Assembly (NCBI GenBank): GCA_951406725.2
Contig: OX597824.1
Coordinates: 50,592,001 to 50,656,000, forward strand
Direction of reading: 5' to 3'
Source of the DNA: Octopus vulgaris
Taxonomy: Eukaryota
DNA length: 64,000 nt
Below the pieces are notes generated by a model, which was not told the DNA's origin, ran no database searches, and saw nothing but the letters and a program-made list of their open reading frames with translations. Each line of letters opens with the position of its first letter. Within the stretch, counting starts at the first letter, position 1. The translations under genes were made by a program, and so were the position numbers. Positions 1-13,489 of the stretch are shown here, in pieces.

Positions 1-480
1 CTGAACTCCACCTCGCTCTCGTTGATCATCTTCACGCACTCTCCACCGCAAAATCCACGTCGATCGATGGGTATAGGGATACCACATCCATGCTACCCAC
101 CTAACATCCTGTCAGGTCACAAGTGTTGTTACAGTCGTTGATCCTGCTGAGGAGATCGTCCGTGCTGTCACAAACATTAGGTGACATCCGGATTATAGTG
201 CGTATGATCATTGAGAGGAAGTAGGAGATGCTGTAGTTGCTAGCGATATTCGCTCCACAGACTGGTCTTGTTGGTGGTCCTGCTACAGGGTCAGTGGTTA
301 CTTTATGGTCCTTGTGAAGTCCATACAGTGCCGGGATATCGTTGTTCCAGGTTTGGAAATTGTTAGCTGTGCGTTTGTGGGGTCCAAGAACAATTGTCCA
401 CATCATCATGTGGGCGTTGAGGACCTTTTCTCTCTCCTCATGCGCCTGTAAAGAGACACACAAATAAGAAAGCAAAGGAC
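1..480 (-). mobile_element. Penelope-like element reverse transcriptase remnant (disrupted, runs off the window edge)
   Basis: ORF 101-475 has PLE-type RT N-terminal motifs (LYGLHKDHK...PPTRPVCG...STDDLL). Past a stop codon, the minus strand continues as VGSMDVVSLYPSID (RT motif). Confidence 0.8.
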
Positions 481-682
481 CACTGATGCGGTCACAGGAG
501 TGTTACGAAAGAACTCTGGCCGAAATAAGATTAAGATTAATGTAGAAAATAATAACGCTGAAGCTAAGTAACACCAAATATATATAGTGCGTGTGTTTTT
601 ATTGGGTAAACTGGCAAAATGACCATTCCTAAATACAACACTATCTGTTTCAATACACGATTTCACATCAAAAATATTGCAA

Positions 683-770
<88 letters not shown>

Positions 771-1227
771 AAATTGGGAAATTATATTCTATGCATAAGG
801 GAAACCCTAACCCCCATGACAATTTATATATTTTTGCTGTTGATGAAACTTTAACCATACATATTTCATACAAATGAAGTAATGTTTATAAAATGTCATC
901 TTCTTACAAGTTACAAAGACCCCTTCATGGGGACTTAACACCCACAATTTAGTCATTTTATCTAAGCAAAGACGAATACAGTTGTACTCTTGGAAGCTGT
1001 CGGGTCACCCGAGCATAAAAGATGAGCATTATTTGTAATTCAATGGTACATAAAAGATGAGCATTATTTGTAATTCAATTGTATAACAGTGTACCTAGTG
1101 AAAAAGATTCTCAACAATTCAACTTCTCTGGTTGACATTAACACGCCCACCCCCAAAGGGGCCTTAACACTCGCATTTTAGAGCTCCATGACCTCCATTT
1201 TTCAAGAGCGAAATCCTTTTAATAGGT

Positions 1228-1950
1228 TCTATAATATATATATATAAAACTGAGAATGTGTGTGTGTGTGTGTATGTCTGTGTGTCTGTCTGTCTGTGTG
1301 TCTGTCTGTCTGTGTGAATCCCTAAAACTTGAGAACTACACAACCAATTTCATTCAAATTTTACACATGCCTTACTTAGGGTCCATGGAGTGTCATGGGC
1401 AAAAGCAATTTTTAACTTTTTGCCTAGGGCGAGCCCATTGCAATATCATATCCTCTCCACTATGAATCCCTAAAACTTGAGAACTACATAACCAATTTCA
1501 TTCAAATTTTATACATGCCTTACTTAGGATCCCTGTAGTGTCATAGGCAAAAAAAATGTTTAACTTCTTGCCTAGGACGAGCCCACAGCAATATCATATC
1601 TTCTCCACTATTTCAGTATTACGTGTTAAAAGTGAAACAAAAACATCTTACTATTGTAATCTATATATTATAAAACCGAGAATGTCTGTCTGTCTGTCTG
1701 TGTGAATCCCTAAAACTTGAGAACTATACAACCAATTTCATTCAAATTCTACGCATGCCTTACTTAGGATCCATGTAATGTCATGGGTAAAAATATTTTA
1801 ACTTCTAGCCTAGGGCAAACCCACAGCAATATCATATCTTCTCCCCTATATCAGTATTACGTGTTAAAAGTGAAACAAAAACATCACTGTATTGTAATGT
1901 CAGATGCTTTCACTTTAATAATGAAACTATTAAAGTCAAACTATCATATA
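1228..1950 (+). mobile_element. Non-autonomous Helitron-like 5' region with about 3 internal tandem copies of a ~150-230 bp unit
   Basis: TCTATA...AAAACTGAGAATG start followed by (GTCT)n. The unit 'gaatccctaaaacttgagaacta...caaccaatttcattcaaatt' recurs at ~1316, ~1464 and ~1704. The layout matches the 5' end of the Helitron at 62773. Confidence 0.55.
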
Positions 1951-2090
1951 AGAGGGATGAACCATTAACAATGGACATTCATCTTGCTAGAAGAAGATCC
2001 GCTATGGTCTTATATACTACACCACTGGTTTTCAATTCATATTAATCAAATTAATATTCAATTTTTCACCCTTATAATTTTAAATTTAAG

Positions 2091-2174
<84 letters not shown>

Positions 2175-2761
2175 TGTATATATATGGATGTATATGGTGG
2201 CTGCCAACCTCATTATCGAGTATGGCCATTGCGCGAAGCTTAATCAATGTTGTTATCGTCGCAATGCTTGTGCAAGAAGGTTTTTTTTTTAATGTGAGGA
2301 AAGGCTGTGCACTAAGTCAATCCCACTCACTAAGCAACAGCAGCCATAATCCGAAAAGAAGAACAAGTCGACAACATTGGTAACCATTGAGCCGCAGGTT
2401 TTATGTCGGAGTTATCTCAGTTACCAGAGTTAGCTTCTAGAAGGATGCCCTAACAAAGGCTAGGAGTCCTTCACTTCCAATGGTTTAACCGTGCGATCGG
2501 GTATTCAGTCCGATTATTTCTATGTCCCCGCGCATGATACATCCTTAAGACATTTATTGGATGGCCGTTGACTCTCAAGAGTTCCTCCGCCATTTAATGG
2601 GTTTTGTTTTTCATCACGCAGGGTGTCCAGTAAACACCCTTCTCACCAAGCAAGCTTGGTGGGTTTGCCGGCTTAGTAACCGACGACCCGACCATGCAAC
2701 AGTTGTACAGGGTTACATGTTACCAGTAGCACTCGAAAGTGACCTGACATATGGATGTACA

Positions 2762-2795
<34 letters not shown>

Positions 2796-2997
2796 CATGT
2801 ATATATATGGATGTGTATATATATATATATACATATAGATGTATATATATGGATGTATATATATACATGTATATGTATACATGTATATGTATACATGTAT
2901 GTGTAGATGTATATATATATATGTAATATGTACACATATATATATATATATACATATATACATGCATACATAAATACACCCATAAACACATACATAG

Positions 2998-3160
2998 GTG
3001 CAGGTGTGGCTGTGTGGTAACAAACTTGGTTCCAAAACACATGGTCCTCAGTTCAGCCCCACTGTGTGGTAACTTGGCATGTGTCTTCTGCTATAGCCTC
3101 AGACCAAGCAAAGCCTTGTCAGTGGATTTTGTAGACAGGAACTGAAACAAATCAATCGTA
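2998..3160 (+). mobile_element. tRNA-derived SINE (abundant family; other copies ~20090, 37290, 37700, 43730-44125, 44520, 50655, 57495)
   Basis: Head 'gtggctgtgtggtaa...catggt...gttcag.cccactg.gtgg.acctt.ggca.gtgtcttct' and body 'aaagccttgt.agtggattt.gtagac.gaaactgaa' are repeated many times in the window. Confidence 0.75.
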
Positions 3161-3169
3161 TATATGTAT

Positions 3170-3400
3170 GGAGGCGCAATGGCCCAGTGGTTAGGGCAGC
3201 GGACTTGCGGTCGGAGGATCGCGGTTTCGATTCCCAGACCGGGCGTTGTGTGTGTTTATTGAGCGAAAACACCTAAAAGCTCCACGAGGCTCCGGCAGGG
3301 GATGGTGGTGATCCCTGCTGTACTCTTTCACCACTCTAAAGGCGGTGCTCCAGCATGGCCGCAGTCAAATGACTGAAACAAGTACAAAAAAAAAAAAAAA
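3170..3400 (+). mobile_element. tRNA-derived SINE with intact A/B boxes and A-rich tail
   Basis: A box TGGCCCAGTGG and B box-like GTTTCGATTCC, then a non-tRNA body, the shared tail 'ctccagcatggccgcagtcaaatgactgaaacaagta' and poly-A. Confidence 0.75.
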
Positions 3401-3658
3401 AATATGTAAGTGTATGTGTGTGTCTTTGTCTCTGTGCTTCGCCCTCATCACTGCTTCACAACTGCTGTTCATTTATTTACATCCACATAACTTACTGGTT
3501 TCACAAGAACAAACTAATAGAATAAGTACCAGGCTTATCAACATAAAAAAGCATTAGCCTGTGTCTCATATTTTTGTTTACCCACTCAGCTGTATCTATC
3601 AATTTATCCTTGTGTGTGTGTGTGTGTTTGTGTATGTGTGTGTGTGTATATATATCTA

Positions 3659-3764
<106 letters not shown>

Positions 3765-4948
3765 AAACACCCTAATGTGAGCCTTAACTCCCAAATTTTA
3801 GTAATTTCTTTTATGATCCAAAACTAGGTCAAAAGTACTGAATCGATCTTTTTTGGAAGCTGTAGGGTTACCCGAAAATAAAAGATGAGCATTATTTGTA
3901 ATTCAATAGTACAACAGTGTAACAGTTTGCTTTGACATACACTTACATTGTGATTTCTACAATGTGGTGCATAAATTGTCAAGTAAATGAGAGTCATCTT
4001 CGCCTCCACTGATTCAGTTGCAAAGTGTTGAGTAAAGTTATTTGATTGCAGACTTCTTTCAGTCTTTTTATTATCACTAGGTCACATATAGTCCCCAGAT
4101 GGTAACATTGATTTCAAGGCCTTCCCAGATGAGTGACTCCGTATTCAGGGACATTTATAGATTGTAAATTTATTCTGTCCAGTTACGTATCAGTATAGTG
4201 GTCATTTGCAAACTCCAGAGTTGACACTTTCATTTCTCCTTAGCCCTCACGTCACACAGTTGTTAATGTTTATTTCAGTTGGATCATGCCCTTCCAATTG
4301 CCATACATTCGTAATGCATCTTACGGCTGTGCCTGTCACCTGGATGGTGAGGAATCATACACTGGGAGTGGTAACGACTAGGGTAGGGTAGCTGACTGCT
4401 TATTGTGATCATTCGTCTTTTGGTTTCCTGTAGCTTTGCTCTCTTTTACAAACCAGTGAACATATATTTCCTATTTCAAAGAAATCCAAACAATAGATAT
4501 AAGACCCAAGTTAAAAAGATTCTCAACAATTCAACTTCTCTGCTTGACATTAAGATGCCCACTCCCAACAGGGGCCTTAAAACTCTCACATTTTAGAGCT
4601 CCATGACCTTCATTTTTCAGGTGCAAAATCTTTTTAACAGGTCCAATAAGACTGGAATTTTAGAATTTGCGCATAGAAATCAGTAGTATGGGATATATAT
4701 GGCACGATTACAATTTTTTTAGGGTATGTAAATAGGGAAATAACCCTCATCTGCAATTTTGATGAAATTCGAAACATAGATATTCCAGTTCGTTACAGAA
4801 AATATAACAGAAAAGTATAATTCTTCAATTGAATGTAACAAGGGCAACGGCGGGTAACTCTGCTATATATATATATATATGACCTCGTCTGTATCACTAG
4901 CGATATTTTTCCCCTGTCTTCCCTTCTCGGGATCTTTCCTTCTCCTAT

Positions 4949-4983
4949 GTTTCCGACGAAGAGCTCCGCTCGAAACGTCAAAC
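4949..4983 (+). ncRNA. Minimal type I hammerhead-like motif (U4C core variant) in a PLE terminal fragment (4880-5085)
   Basis: gttt-CCGACGA-a-gagc(tcc)gctc-GAAA-cg-TC-aaac; stems I and II pair; the fragment is flanked by (TA)n. Confidence 0.65.
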
Positions 4984-5292
4984 CCTCCTTCTTCCCTTCT
5001 TTCCTAAGCGTCCAATAATACTTTATTTGTTCCACGTCCTTGCGTTGTTGTTTTTTTGTTTTTGTTTTCTTGTTTGGATTAACTATATATATATATATAT
5101 AACATTATATAATTAGGGCTTAGTAAAATAAATTACTTTGCCACATACTGAACTTAGTAGAAATAGCAGCCAAAAAAAATTTTCTTAGCATTTCTACAAC
5201 TTAAAGAAAATTTCTCTCAGATAATGTTTACTCCAGACAGCCCACGAAGGTTTGGAGGTAAATACAGAAAAATATCACAAGTACATAGATCG

Positions 5293-5355
5293 TTTGAGTA
5301 CGTCAACGTTTCAAGATTAGCCAAATAAAATCAGCATTTCTATCGTCAGCTCAAA
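5293..5355 (-). ncRNA. Type I hammerhead ribozyme (inverted copy of 5929-5991)
   Basis: Reverse complement of the motif at 5929-5991. Confidence 0.8.
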
Positions 5356-5928
5356 ATTTCTTAATATGGATTTGGAAACACTAAAAAGAAGGAACTTTAC
5401 CTATCAGCGAACTTATCGCTTCAGATGAACCACTCCGACTAACAGTGTCAACAAATTCAAAATGCGCAGGCGTAAATTTCTTCAATCCGCTTCCACCCAC
5501 GTGGTCTATCTAGCAAACATTATATTTTAACCGCGAGATCCGAGGCAGTATGACCGAGAGAAATGAATTATAATATCAACAATTGCGGGTAAAATTAATT
5601 AATTAATCAATTTCACCAAGTGTTCAGTATGTAAAAGGACCATTTAAGGCGAATTCAAAATTTTACATTATATAATTAGGGCTTAGTAAAATAAATTACT
5701 TTGCCACATACTGAACTTAGTAGAAATAGCAGCCAAAAAAAATTTTCTTAGCATTTCTACAACTTAAAGAAAATGATAGACCACGTGGGTGGAAGCGGAT
5801 TGAAGAAATTTACGCCTGCGCATTTTGAATTTGTTGACACTGTTAGTCGGAGTGGTTCATCTGAAGCGATAAGTTCGCTGATAGGTAAAGTTCCTTCTTT
5901 TAGTGTTTCCAAATCCATATTAAGAAAT

Positions 5929-5991
5929 TTTGAGCTGACGATAGAAATGCTGATTTTATTTGGCTAATCTTGAAACGTTGACGTACTCAAA
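5929..5991 (+). ncRNA. Type I hammerhead ribozyme with intact core
   Basis: tttgag-CTGACGA-taga...tctt-GAAA-cgt(tg)acg-TA-ctcaaa: perfect 6-bp stem I, paired stem III, GUA cleavage triplet; first pair of stem II is a U-U mismatch. Confidence 0.8.
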
Positions 5992-6268
5992 CGATCTATG
6001 TACTTGTGATATTTTTCTGTATTTACCTCCAAACCTTCGTGGGCTGTCTGGAGTAAACATTATCTGAGAGAAATTTTCTTTAAGTTGTAGAAATGCTAAG
6101 AAAATTTTTTTTGGCTGCTATTTCTACTAAGTTCAGTATGTGGCAAAGTAATTTATTTTACTAAGCCCTAATTATATAATGTAAAATTTTGAATTCGCCT
6201 TAAATGGTCCTTTTACATACTGAACACTTGGTGAAATTGATTAATTAATTAATTTTACCCGCAATTGA

Positions 6269-6335
<67 letters not shown>

Positions 6336-6699
6336 TGCTTGTGTGACTGTGTTTGTCCCCCACCATCGCATGAAACGATGTACTTACGTCCCCGTAACTT
6401 AGCGGTTCGGCAAAACAGAAAAAACAGAATAAGTACTACGCTTACACGGAGTAAGTCCTAGGGTCGATTTGCTCCACTAAATGCGATGCTCTAGCATGGC
6501 CGCAGTCAAATGACTGAAACAAATAGAGGGGTATATATGTATATATATATGATGTAGATGTGACATTGTTGATGGATATTTTTTTTCTTTATTAAAGTAT
6601 GTAGTGTATGAGTTGAGCGATACATGGCTGCTATTTTGGGCAAATCGAGTGACCACGTAGTAGGTCCCTCATTATCTCATGAATGTTATTGATGTTATA

Positions 6700-7368
6700 T
6701 TTTGTTGTTGTCAGCAGTAGCGATTGTAGTGGTGGTGGTGGTGGTAGTGGTGGTGGTGGTGGTGGTGGTGGTGGTGGTGGAGATGATGATGATGGTTTTA
6801 CACATGATGGTGATATTGGTGTTGCAGTTGCGAGGCTTTGGATGATGATGATGACGATGATAATGATGACGACGACGACGATGGCGAAGACGACAGAACG
6901 ACGACGGCAACGACAGGAGACGAAGACAACGCAACGCCGATGACGTGGTGGTAGCGGCGGTGGCGGCAACGACAGCGGAGGTGTCGGTAGTGGTGACAGA
7001 GTCGGTTATAGCAATAACACGGCGGCGGTTATAGTGTTGTTTTATGATGATTGTGTCAGTTGCTGGTGAATGGCTGGTGTAAGTGGTGGAGGTGAATCAT
7101 TAGACATTATTTTCGCTGATGTTTTATTCTATATGTGTGATGGCTAAATAAACGCGGTGTATTGCTATCCACGCAGTTGAAAAGCCGCTAAACTCCCGAG
7201 AGTTGTTAACTTGTCTTATGCCAACTCGGACCAGATGGTGATAACCGAACGAACGACCAGTCCGACATATTGTCCCTGCTTCTTCAAACGTTATTTTATT
7301 TATCTCTTTATTGATTTGTTTACTTATTTTTATTTATCTAGTTATTTATTAACTCCCATTCTTTTGTA

Positions 7369-7401
<33 letters not shown>

Positions 7402-7478
7402 TACGCCATTTTACACTCCACCACACACATACTGTTTGCCTTTCGCTATTAAACAATATATGTGCGTGTCCATGTGTA

Positions 7479-7547
<69 letters not shown>

Positions 7548-8366
7548 CCGTGTGTGATGGTGTCTGCTTATGCGTGCATGTGCGCGCGTGTGCATCTGTG
7601 TGTGTATGAGTGTGCGTGTGTGTTTGTAATAAATGGCTCCGTGGCCACGTGTGTAGTCAGTCAGAATTGAATGTTTTTTTTTCTTTTTGGTTGACGGTTC
7701 ACTAATTCGCCGTCACTTATCAAGTACAAAAGATGAGGATAAATAAGAGGAAGGAAAAAGAAGACGAAAAAGGAAATGAAGAAAGAAAAGACAGAATATG
7801 AAAAAGATGATGCTGAAGAAAAAGAAGGTTATGAAGAAGATGAAGATTAAGAAGAAAATGACGTGAAAAAAGATGAGAACGAAGAAGATGCAAAGAAGAA
7901 AAGAAGAAAATATTTGATCTTGACAATGGTGATGACAACAAGGAGGATGTTGACAACAACGGCGGTGATGATGATAATGATGATGATGATGATGATGAAG
8001 AAAAAGAAGAAGAAGAAGAAGGAGATGAAGAAGAAGAAGAAGAAGAAGAAGAAGAAGAAGAAGAAGAAGAAGAAGAAGAAGAAGAAGAAGAAGAAGAAGA
8101 AGAAGAATGCGGACGGTGGAGAAAAGGAACACGAATGCGATGGGGGGAAAAGAAAATGGAATGAGAGCAAGAGTAAATGAAGTAGAGAGAGGACCGGGGA
8201 AGAGGTGGAGGAGGAAAAGAAGATGAACAGATGAAGAAAGAAAAACGAAGACGGCCATAATGACGATTAAGATAGATTTGGCGATGAATATGATGGTTAA
8301 TGAAGATGATAATGACTCTGACGACAGTGGTGTTGGTGTTGGTGGTGGTGATGACGATGATGATGG

Positions 8367-8399
<33 letters not shown>

Positions 8400-8450
8400 C
8401 GACGACGACGACGACGACGATGATGATGATGATGATGACTATGTTTAGTA
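6700..8450. repeat. Compound microsatellite zone: (GGT)n, (GAT)n, (TG)n, (AAG)n, (GAC)n
   Basis: Directly visible; accounts for the homopolymeric ORFs here. Confidence 0.95.
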
Positions 8451-9110
8451 TAGTCTGCTCTGTTGCTACTGATGTATTGTTGCATCTATCATCATATTTA
8501 TTTATTATACTTAGTTGCCTCGATTTTGTAATTCTTGTAGCTACTGTTTAAAATTGTTCTCTCTGTTATTGCTATTGTTGGTTGTACAGGCTTTATACGG
8601 AAGGCAAGACGAGAATAAAATTAGTATTTTGCCTGTTGTGTTCTAGAATTTAAATCCTGGCGGAGAGCTTGTGGCAGTAAAAGTTCGACTTGAATATGGA
8701 TGACCAATATGTAGCAACGATTAGTAATATCGATTACACTGTCATTCACCAAATTTGTCCGATCACATGAGATCATTATACACACACACCTGCACACGCA
8801 CACGCATTCACACACACCTACTGTAAAATAAGGATTCAGAAAAAATCAGGTACTTGAAAAGATATGCACCAGGTAGGGTTGGATAATCTCTATGGTTCCG
8901 GCCTATGGTTGGTAAGTATGAAATAGAATATTTCGGTTGTATACACAGAGAAAACCAACCCTATGAGTATTTAGCGCCTAAGGGCTGATCCAAATTACGC
9001 GTTACTTTGAATAGTACGTTGTTGGTATACTCTGGGGTGTCCGACAAGTCGTAAATCTGCCTGGTGTATTATAATCAAACGAATAATAACAGACAATGAA
9101 TAATTACCAG

Positions 9111-9191
9111 CTCATTACAGCTGTTTCCTACGTAATTTTTTAATAGAATGAGAACATTACTCCATTAGAAAAAACGTAATCATCAGATGAA
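9111..9191 (-). ncRNA. Type I hammerhead ribozyme with intact core and long stem II
   Basis: Minus strand: ttcat-CTGATGA-ttacg...cgtag-GAAA-cagctg-TA-atgag; palindromic stem III, GUA triplet. Confidence 0.8.
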
Positions 9192-9589
9192 ATGTAATTT
9201 TACAAACAAAAGAATGTCCCAAGAATACAGCAGGGATGTGGCTGAAGTCTGTCGAGGCCAACTATGAAATGGGAGAATGACCAACTAAATTGGCCGTTGA
9301 GATTAAGAATATAGTTCTTGAAAGTGTGTAATAGGATATTTAAGGTCAGTGACCTGGGTGAGAAAGGAGTCTGCTAGACTTATTCATAGGTAGACTGGAT
9401 TGGGGTATAGGTGATATTTTATTATAGTAGGCTTAGAGCAGTGGGAAGTAAAGAGAGGTCATAATATAAATTAAGGATAAAGAAAGAAAGAAAGAATAAA
9501 TAAAGCAAAAGTAAGGGTGAAGAAAAATAAACCGGACTTTTGGAGAGTTTTGAATTGTTTGAAAACAATTTTTAGCAATTGTCAGATAA

Positions 9590-10682
9590 TACAGACATAG
9601 ACTTGCCCAAATACATAAAAACACTAACATTGATATTTTTTCATCGTTGTTACATTCATCAGAAATGGAACTGTCAAAGCTCGATATTCGAGCAATTTTG
9701 TTATTCAACTTCAAAAATGGACATGAAGCATATCAACAAAGCGTTTGGTGAAGAAATGACCAGTGAGTGGTCACCTTGAAAATGGTTTAAACTATTTTGC
9801 AGTGGAAACCTGAGTCTTGAAGATCATGAAAGTAATGGACGCCAATCTGTCATCGATGACGGTCAATTAAAGACCGTCATTGAGAATGATCCACATAAAA
9901 CTACTCGAGACCTGGCAAAAGAACTTCAAGCTAGCCCGAAAACTGCCTGCAACCTTATGCATGCTATCGGAAACTCAATTTGAATGAAAATCAGAAAATG
10001 TGCAGATATGAAATTTGCTCGTCGTTTCTTCTTCGGAAACAGACCAATCCATTTCTCGACCGTATTGTAACTTGCCATGAAAAGTGGATTCTGTACAATA
10101 ATAAAAAACGTTTGGTTGGACCAAAATGAAGCACCGAAAACCTTCTTAAAATCTAAGCTCTTCAAAAAGGTTATGGTGACAGTTTGGTGGTGTACTGCTG
10201 GACTCATCCTCTATAATTTCTGAAAACCAGGAAAAACCATTACTGCAGAAAACATATTGCTATGAAATTACCAAAATGAACGAAAAACTGCTACTCCTCC
10301 ATCCCAGATTGGGGTCAATCATTCTTCATGACAACGCTCGACCACACGTTTCACTAATGACGCTCCAGAAGTTAAGGGAACTTCGCTACGAAGTTCTTCC
10401 CTGCCCAGACCTGTCTCCCATTGATTACGACTTTTTCAAGCACCTTGATGGTTTCCTGCGAGAGTATGAGTCCAAAAATCAAACGGATGCTGGAAGTGCG
10501 TTCAAAGAGTTCATCAGCGCCAGAACTCCAGATTCTTATGTTACCGGAATAAACAAATTCGTTGGCAAAAATGTGTTGATTGTAATGGTACTTACTTTGA
10601 TGAATAAAATTTCCGCATTGTTGAAATACATTGTGATGAATTTCATGTTTCAAAACGTTGCTTACTTTTTATTCAGCCTGAT
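9590..10682 (+). mobile_element. Mariner (DD34D) transposon fossil, frameshifted
   Basis: Fragments IVTCHEKWILYNN, KVMVTVWW, LHDNARPHVS and PDLSPIDYDFFKHL are diagnostic mariner transposase motifs. Confidence 0.9.
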
Positions 10683-10827
10683 GAATAATTTTGTACTTAT
10701 ATTAGTATCTATTATGTAATTGAAGATTATGTAATCTATTATGTTACGTCACGTTTATTCCTGTTTTTCCCTTTGTGCACTCTATGCTTCCTGTCCCCCC
10801 CTGGACTGTATTGACAACCCGGTCAAG

Positions 10828-10895
<68 letters not shown>

Positions 10896-11329
10896 CACCT
10901 CCGCCTTAGCGAAGGTGGAGGTATTGTTTTCAGTCGTGTTTGTTTGTTTTGTCCGTGGATTTGGATGAAACTTTCAGGGATGTTTGGCCTCGTGACTGGC
11001 ACGAACTGATTAGATTTTGGGATCGATCCGGTACTGGACAAGGATTCTGAATTATTTGTTATATTTAGTTTACACGAAGTATTACAATCTTACGTTAACT
11101 TTCAAGTTATTCTTTGATTATCTCCCTCGAAAGCACGCTCATGGTTTCCACGTAAGTTTTGGCGGCGTTGCTGTTTCCAAAGTTTTATATTCATTTCTCT
11201 ATTATTATTTTACTCGCGTCTCTATCTTAGTAGAAGCTGATGGGTAATATACCGCTCCTGTTTAAAACCTCATACTTACTTGACAATTGCATTTCGAGCT
11301 CTGCCTTGAAGGAAGCTTTACTTCTGAGA

Positions 11330-11490
11330 CTCACGTTTTTGTGCGCCAGCGATGTTAAGCTTCTATTAACAGCACCGTATGCAGGTCCTTTCCGCTTTCT
11401 TTCACGCACGCATAATTTTTTCACTATAGACCTTAATGGTCGTAAAGACACTATGTCAGTGGATAGAGTAAAACAGGTCTTCATAGAGAA
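11330..11490 (+). pseudogene. Ty3/Gypsy integrase C-terminal (GPY/F) fragment inside the HINE-like element
   Basis: LTAPYAGPFRFLSRTHNFFTIDLNGRKDTMSVDRVK matches the GPY/F integrase tail pattern (L..PY.GP(F/Y)...R....F.(I/L)..G....VS.DRLK). Confidence 0.75.
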
Positions 11491-11755
11491 AACTGTCCCT
11501 GTTCCGACTGCAGACGACACACATACAACATTACAAACACGGCCCGCACATCCACCTTCACATTCCATGACTACCATTGGGATCGATCAGGACCGAACAA
11601 GGATTCTGGATTAGTTTTCCGTTTTTCTTACTTGATTTTTGAGAGCGGTCGGGTTCATTTTTAGTATTCTCGTTTGTGAGAGCAGTCGAGTTTATTTCAG
11701 ATATTCTCATTTTAAAAATCATCTCCGGCTAATCGTTGAGAGGACGTCGGCGTTG

Positions 11756-13474
11756 TCGTTAGTGTTATTTTTCGAATCATTTGATTTCGAGCAGTGTCAG
11801 AAGTGTGTTCGTTCCATGTGAGTTTTGTTGTATTGTATCGTTAATTTACTGAATTGTTGAACTGTTATTAACTGGAATTGTTGAAATTGTTGTTAACTGG
11901 CTTGGCTTTTATTTTTTCTTCCCATTTATAGGTGAAGTTATAAATAATACCGTCATAGAAAGTAGACCAGAGGGCAGTTACGCTACGGTGACTGGCAAAG
12001 GCCTGTCAGTAGAAGTACTGCAGGTCCAAGAAATCGAATTAAAGGAGAATTTTAAAAAAATAGTTTGCTGAAGAAGGAGGGGGACAGCCTGAGGTTGACG
12101 CCTCCTAAAGAAATACTTGAAAAAACTAAAAGGACAAGTATTTATAGAACGTTGAATGTGGTAACGAAAAAAATTGAAGTAGCAGCGGAGGAAGCGGTAG
12201 AGATAAAGGATATAACGACATATTACACCAGAGGAAAGAAATACGACACAGTGGAGGTACGCTTCGTAAGCAAAGAAGAAGCGAGGAAATACTCCAATGT
12301 GCCTTTGAGATCAGCCGAGTGGTCACTGCTACCTACTTCTGTGGCAAACGTGCGGCCAGAGTAAGAATAAGTAGAGTGCCCCCAGAAATTGGTGGCAGCC
12401 ATCCCCTATAACACAGAGGAAGACACTCAGGTATTGAAGATATCAAGAACTACAGAGGTGAACTGCAGGGGATATGGACTGGAGGTGTCAGTCCATATCA
12501 GCCTGCCTGACCTCTACAAAATTTCGGAAGAGCTGGTGCTACCAGATGAGACAAGATTAAGAATCGTGGTGGAAGGGAGACCTCTGGTATGTTATTTATA
12601 TGGAGTAAGAGGACAAATGAAAGCAATGTGTCCCCAGAAACATGAACAGAAGGAGGCGGAGAAGGAGTGTTAGGAAGAAGAGGGCGCAACAGCGGAGGAT
12701 GAAATGGTGGGAAAATATACAATAGTAGAAAGAAAGAGGAGCAATGTTGAATCTCCACCTAAAAGCCCGAAGAAGAAAAGAAAGGCAGAGGAGAACAAGA
12801 ACGAAAAAAGAAGGAATGAGGAGCCAATTGAGGAACGAAAACAAAGACCGTTGCCTTCAACTAGTAAGGAAGAGGGAGGACGGAAGAAGAGGAGAAATGA
12901 AAGTAAAAAGGAGTCGGGAATACCAGCAACAGAGGAAGAGAGTGATGAGGTACAGCAGAGAGAGCCACCAAAGGGGAAATATAGGAGAAATATAAGTGTA
13001 GAGATAGAAAATAAAATTCCAAAAATGAAGCATGTAATAAGGGTTAAAGTAGATAACAGTGACGGAAATCGAGATGAGAAAGCGGTGCTGTTGGAGGAAG
13101 AAAGAGCAAGAAGGTTGCAGGAAATATTTGGCGACAGGATAGTGATAACAGGAATTCGACTTCGTTACGATGAATTGCCACCAGTGGTAATATTTGACGA
13201 TTCGATGAAACATATGGTGTGACTTAGTGTGGATTTTTAAACAAAAGGAAAACTAACAAGATGCAAGACTGATAAGTACACACTTTATTTAAAAACAGTA
13301 AAATGAAACTGCTTGTTTATTGGTGGGGGGAGGGCAAGTAAGTCATTCCATCTTCATTTTCATTTATATTCATAATTCATTCGTTCATATGTTTTTATGT
13401 ACCCCAATGTATCGTTTTGTCTGTCTTTTGTACTGTTCCTTCTCTATGAAGCCTTGTGCCTAATTAAAGAAATA
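11756..13474 (+). mobile_element. ORF1-only non-LTR retroelement, copy 1 (L1/Tx1-type gag-like ORF, disrupted)
   Basis: Degenerate ORF with SYA-like motif, RRM-like TVEVRF..EEA and GRPLVCYLYGVRGQMKAMC knuckle remnant. Bounded by AGGACGT(C/T)G(G/C)(C/T)GTTG 15-mers; ends in aaagaaata. Confidence 0.8.
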
Positions 13475-13489
13475 AGGACGTTGCTGTTG

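Larger units (their letters stand above)
5102..6274. mobile_element. Hammerhead-containing non-coding retroelement (retrozyme/PLE pLTR-like): 1.2 tandem copies of a 563-bp unit plus an inverted, circularly permuted copy
   Basis: 5102-5211 = 5665-5774 (direct repeat, period 563). 5775-6274 is the reverse complement of 5510->5102 continuing into 5664->5573. (TA)n on both flanks. Confidence 0.85.

Noticed and set aside
480-535. Hammerhead-like CTGATGC-ggtca...tggcc-GAAA next to the PLE RT remnant
   Set aside because: A9 is substituted and no stem I or III pairing could be found.
3170-3245. Possible tRNA gene
   Set aside because: No proper acceptor stem and no terminator; it runs into a SINE body and shared tail.
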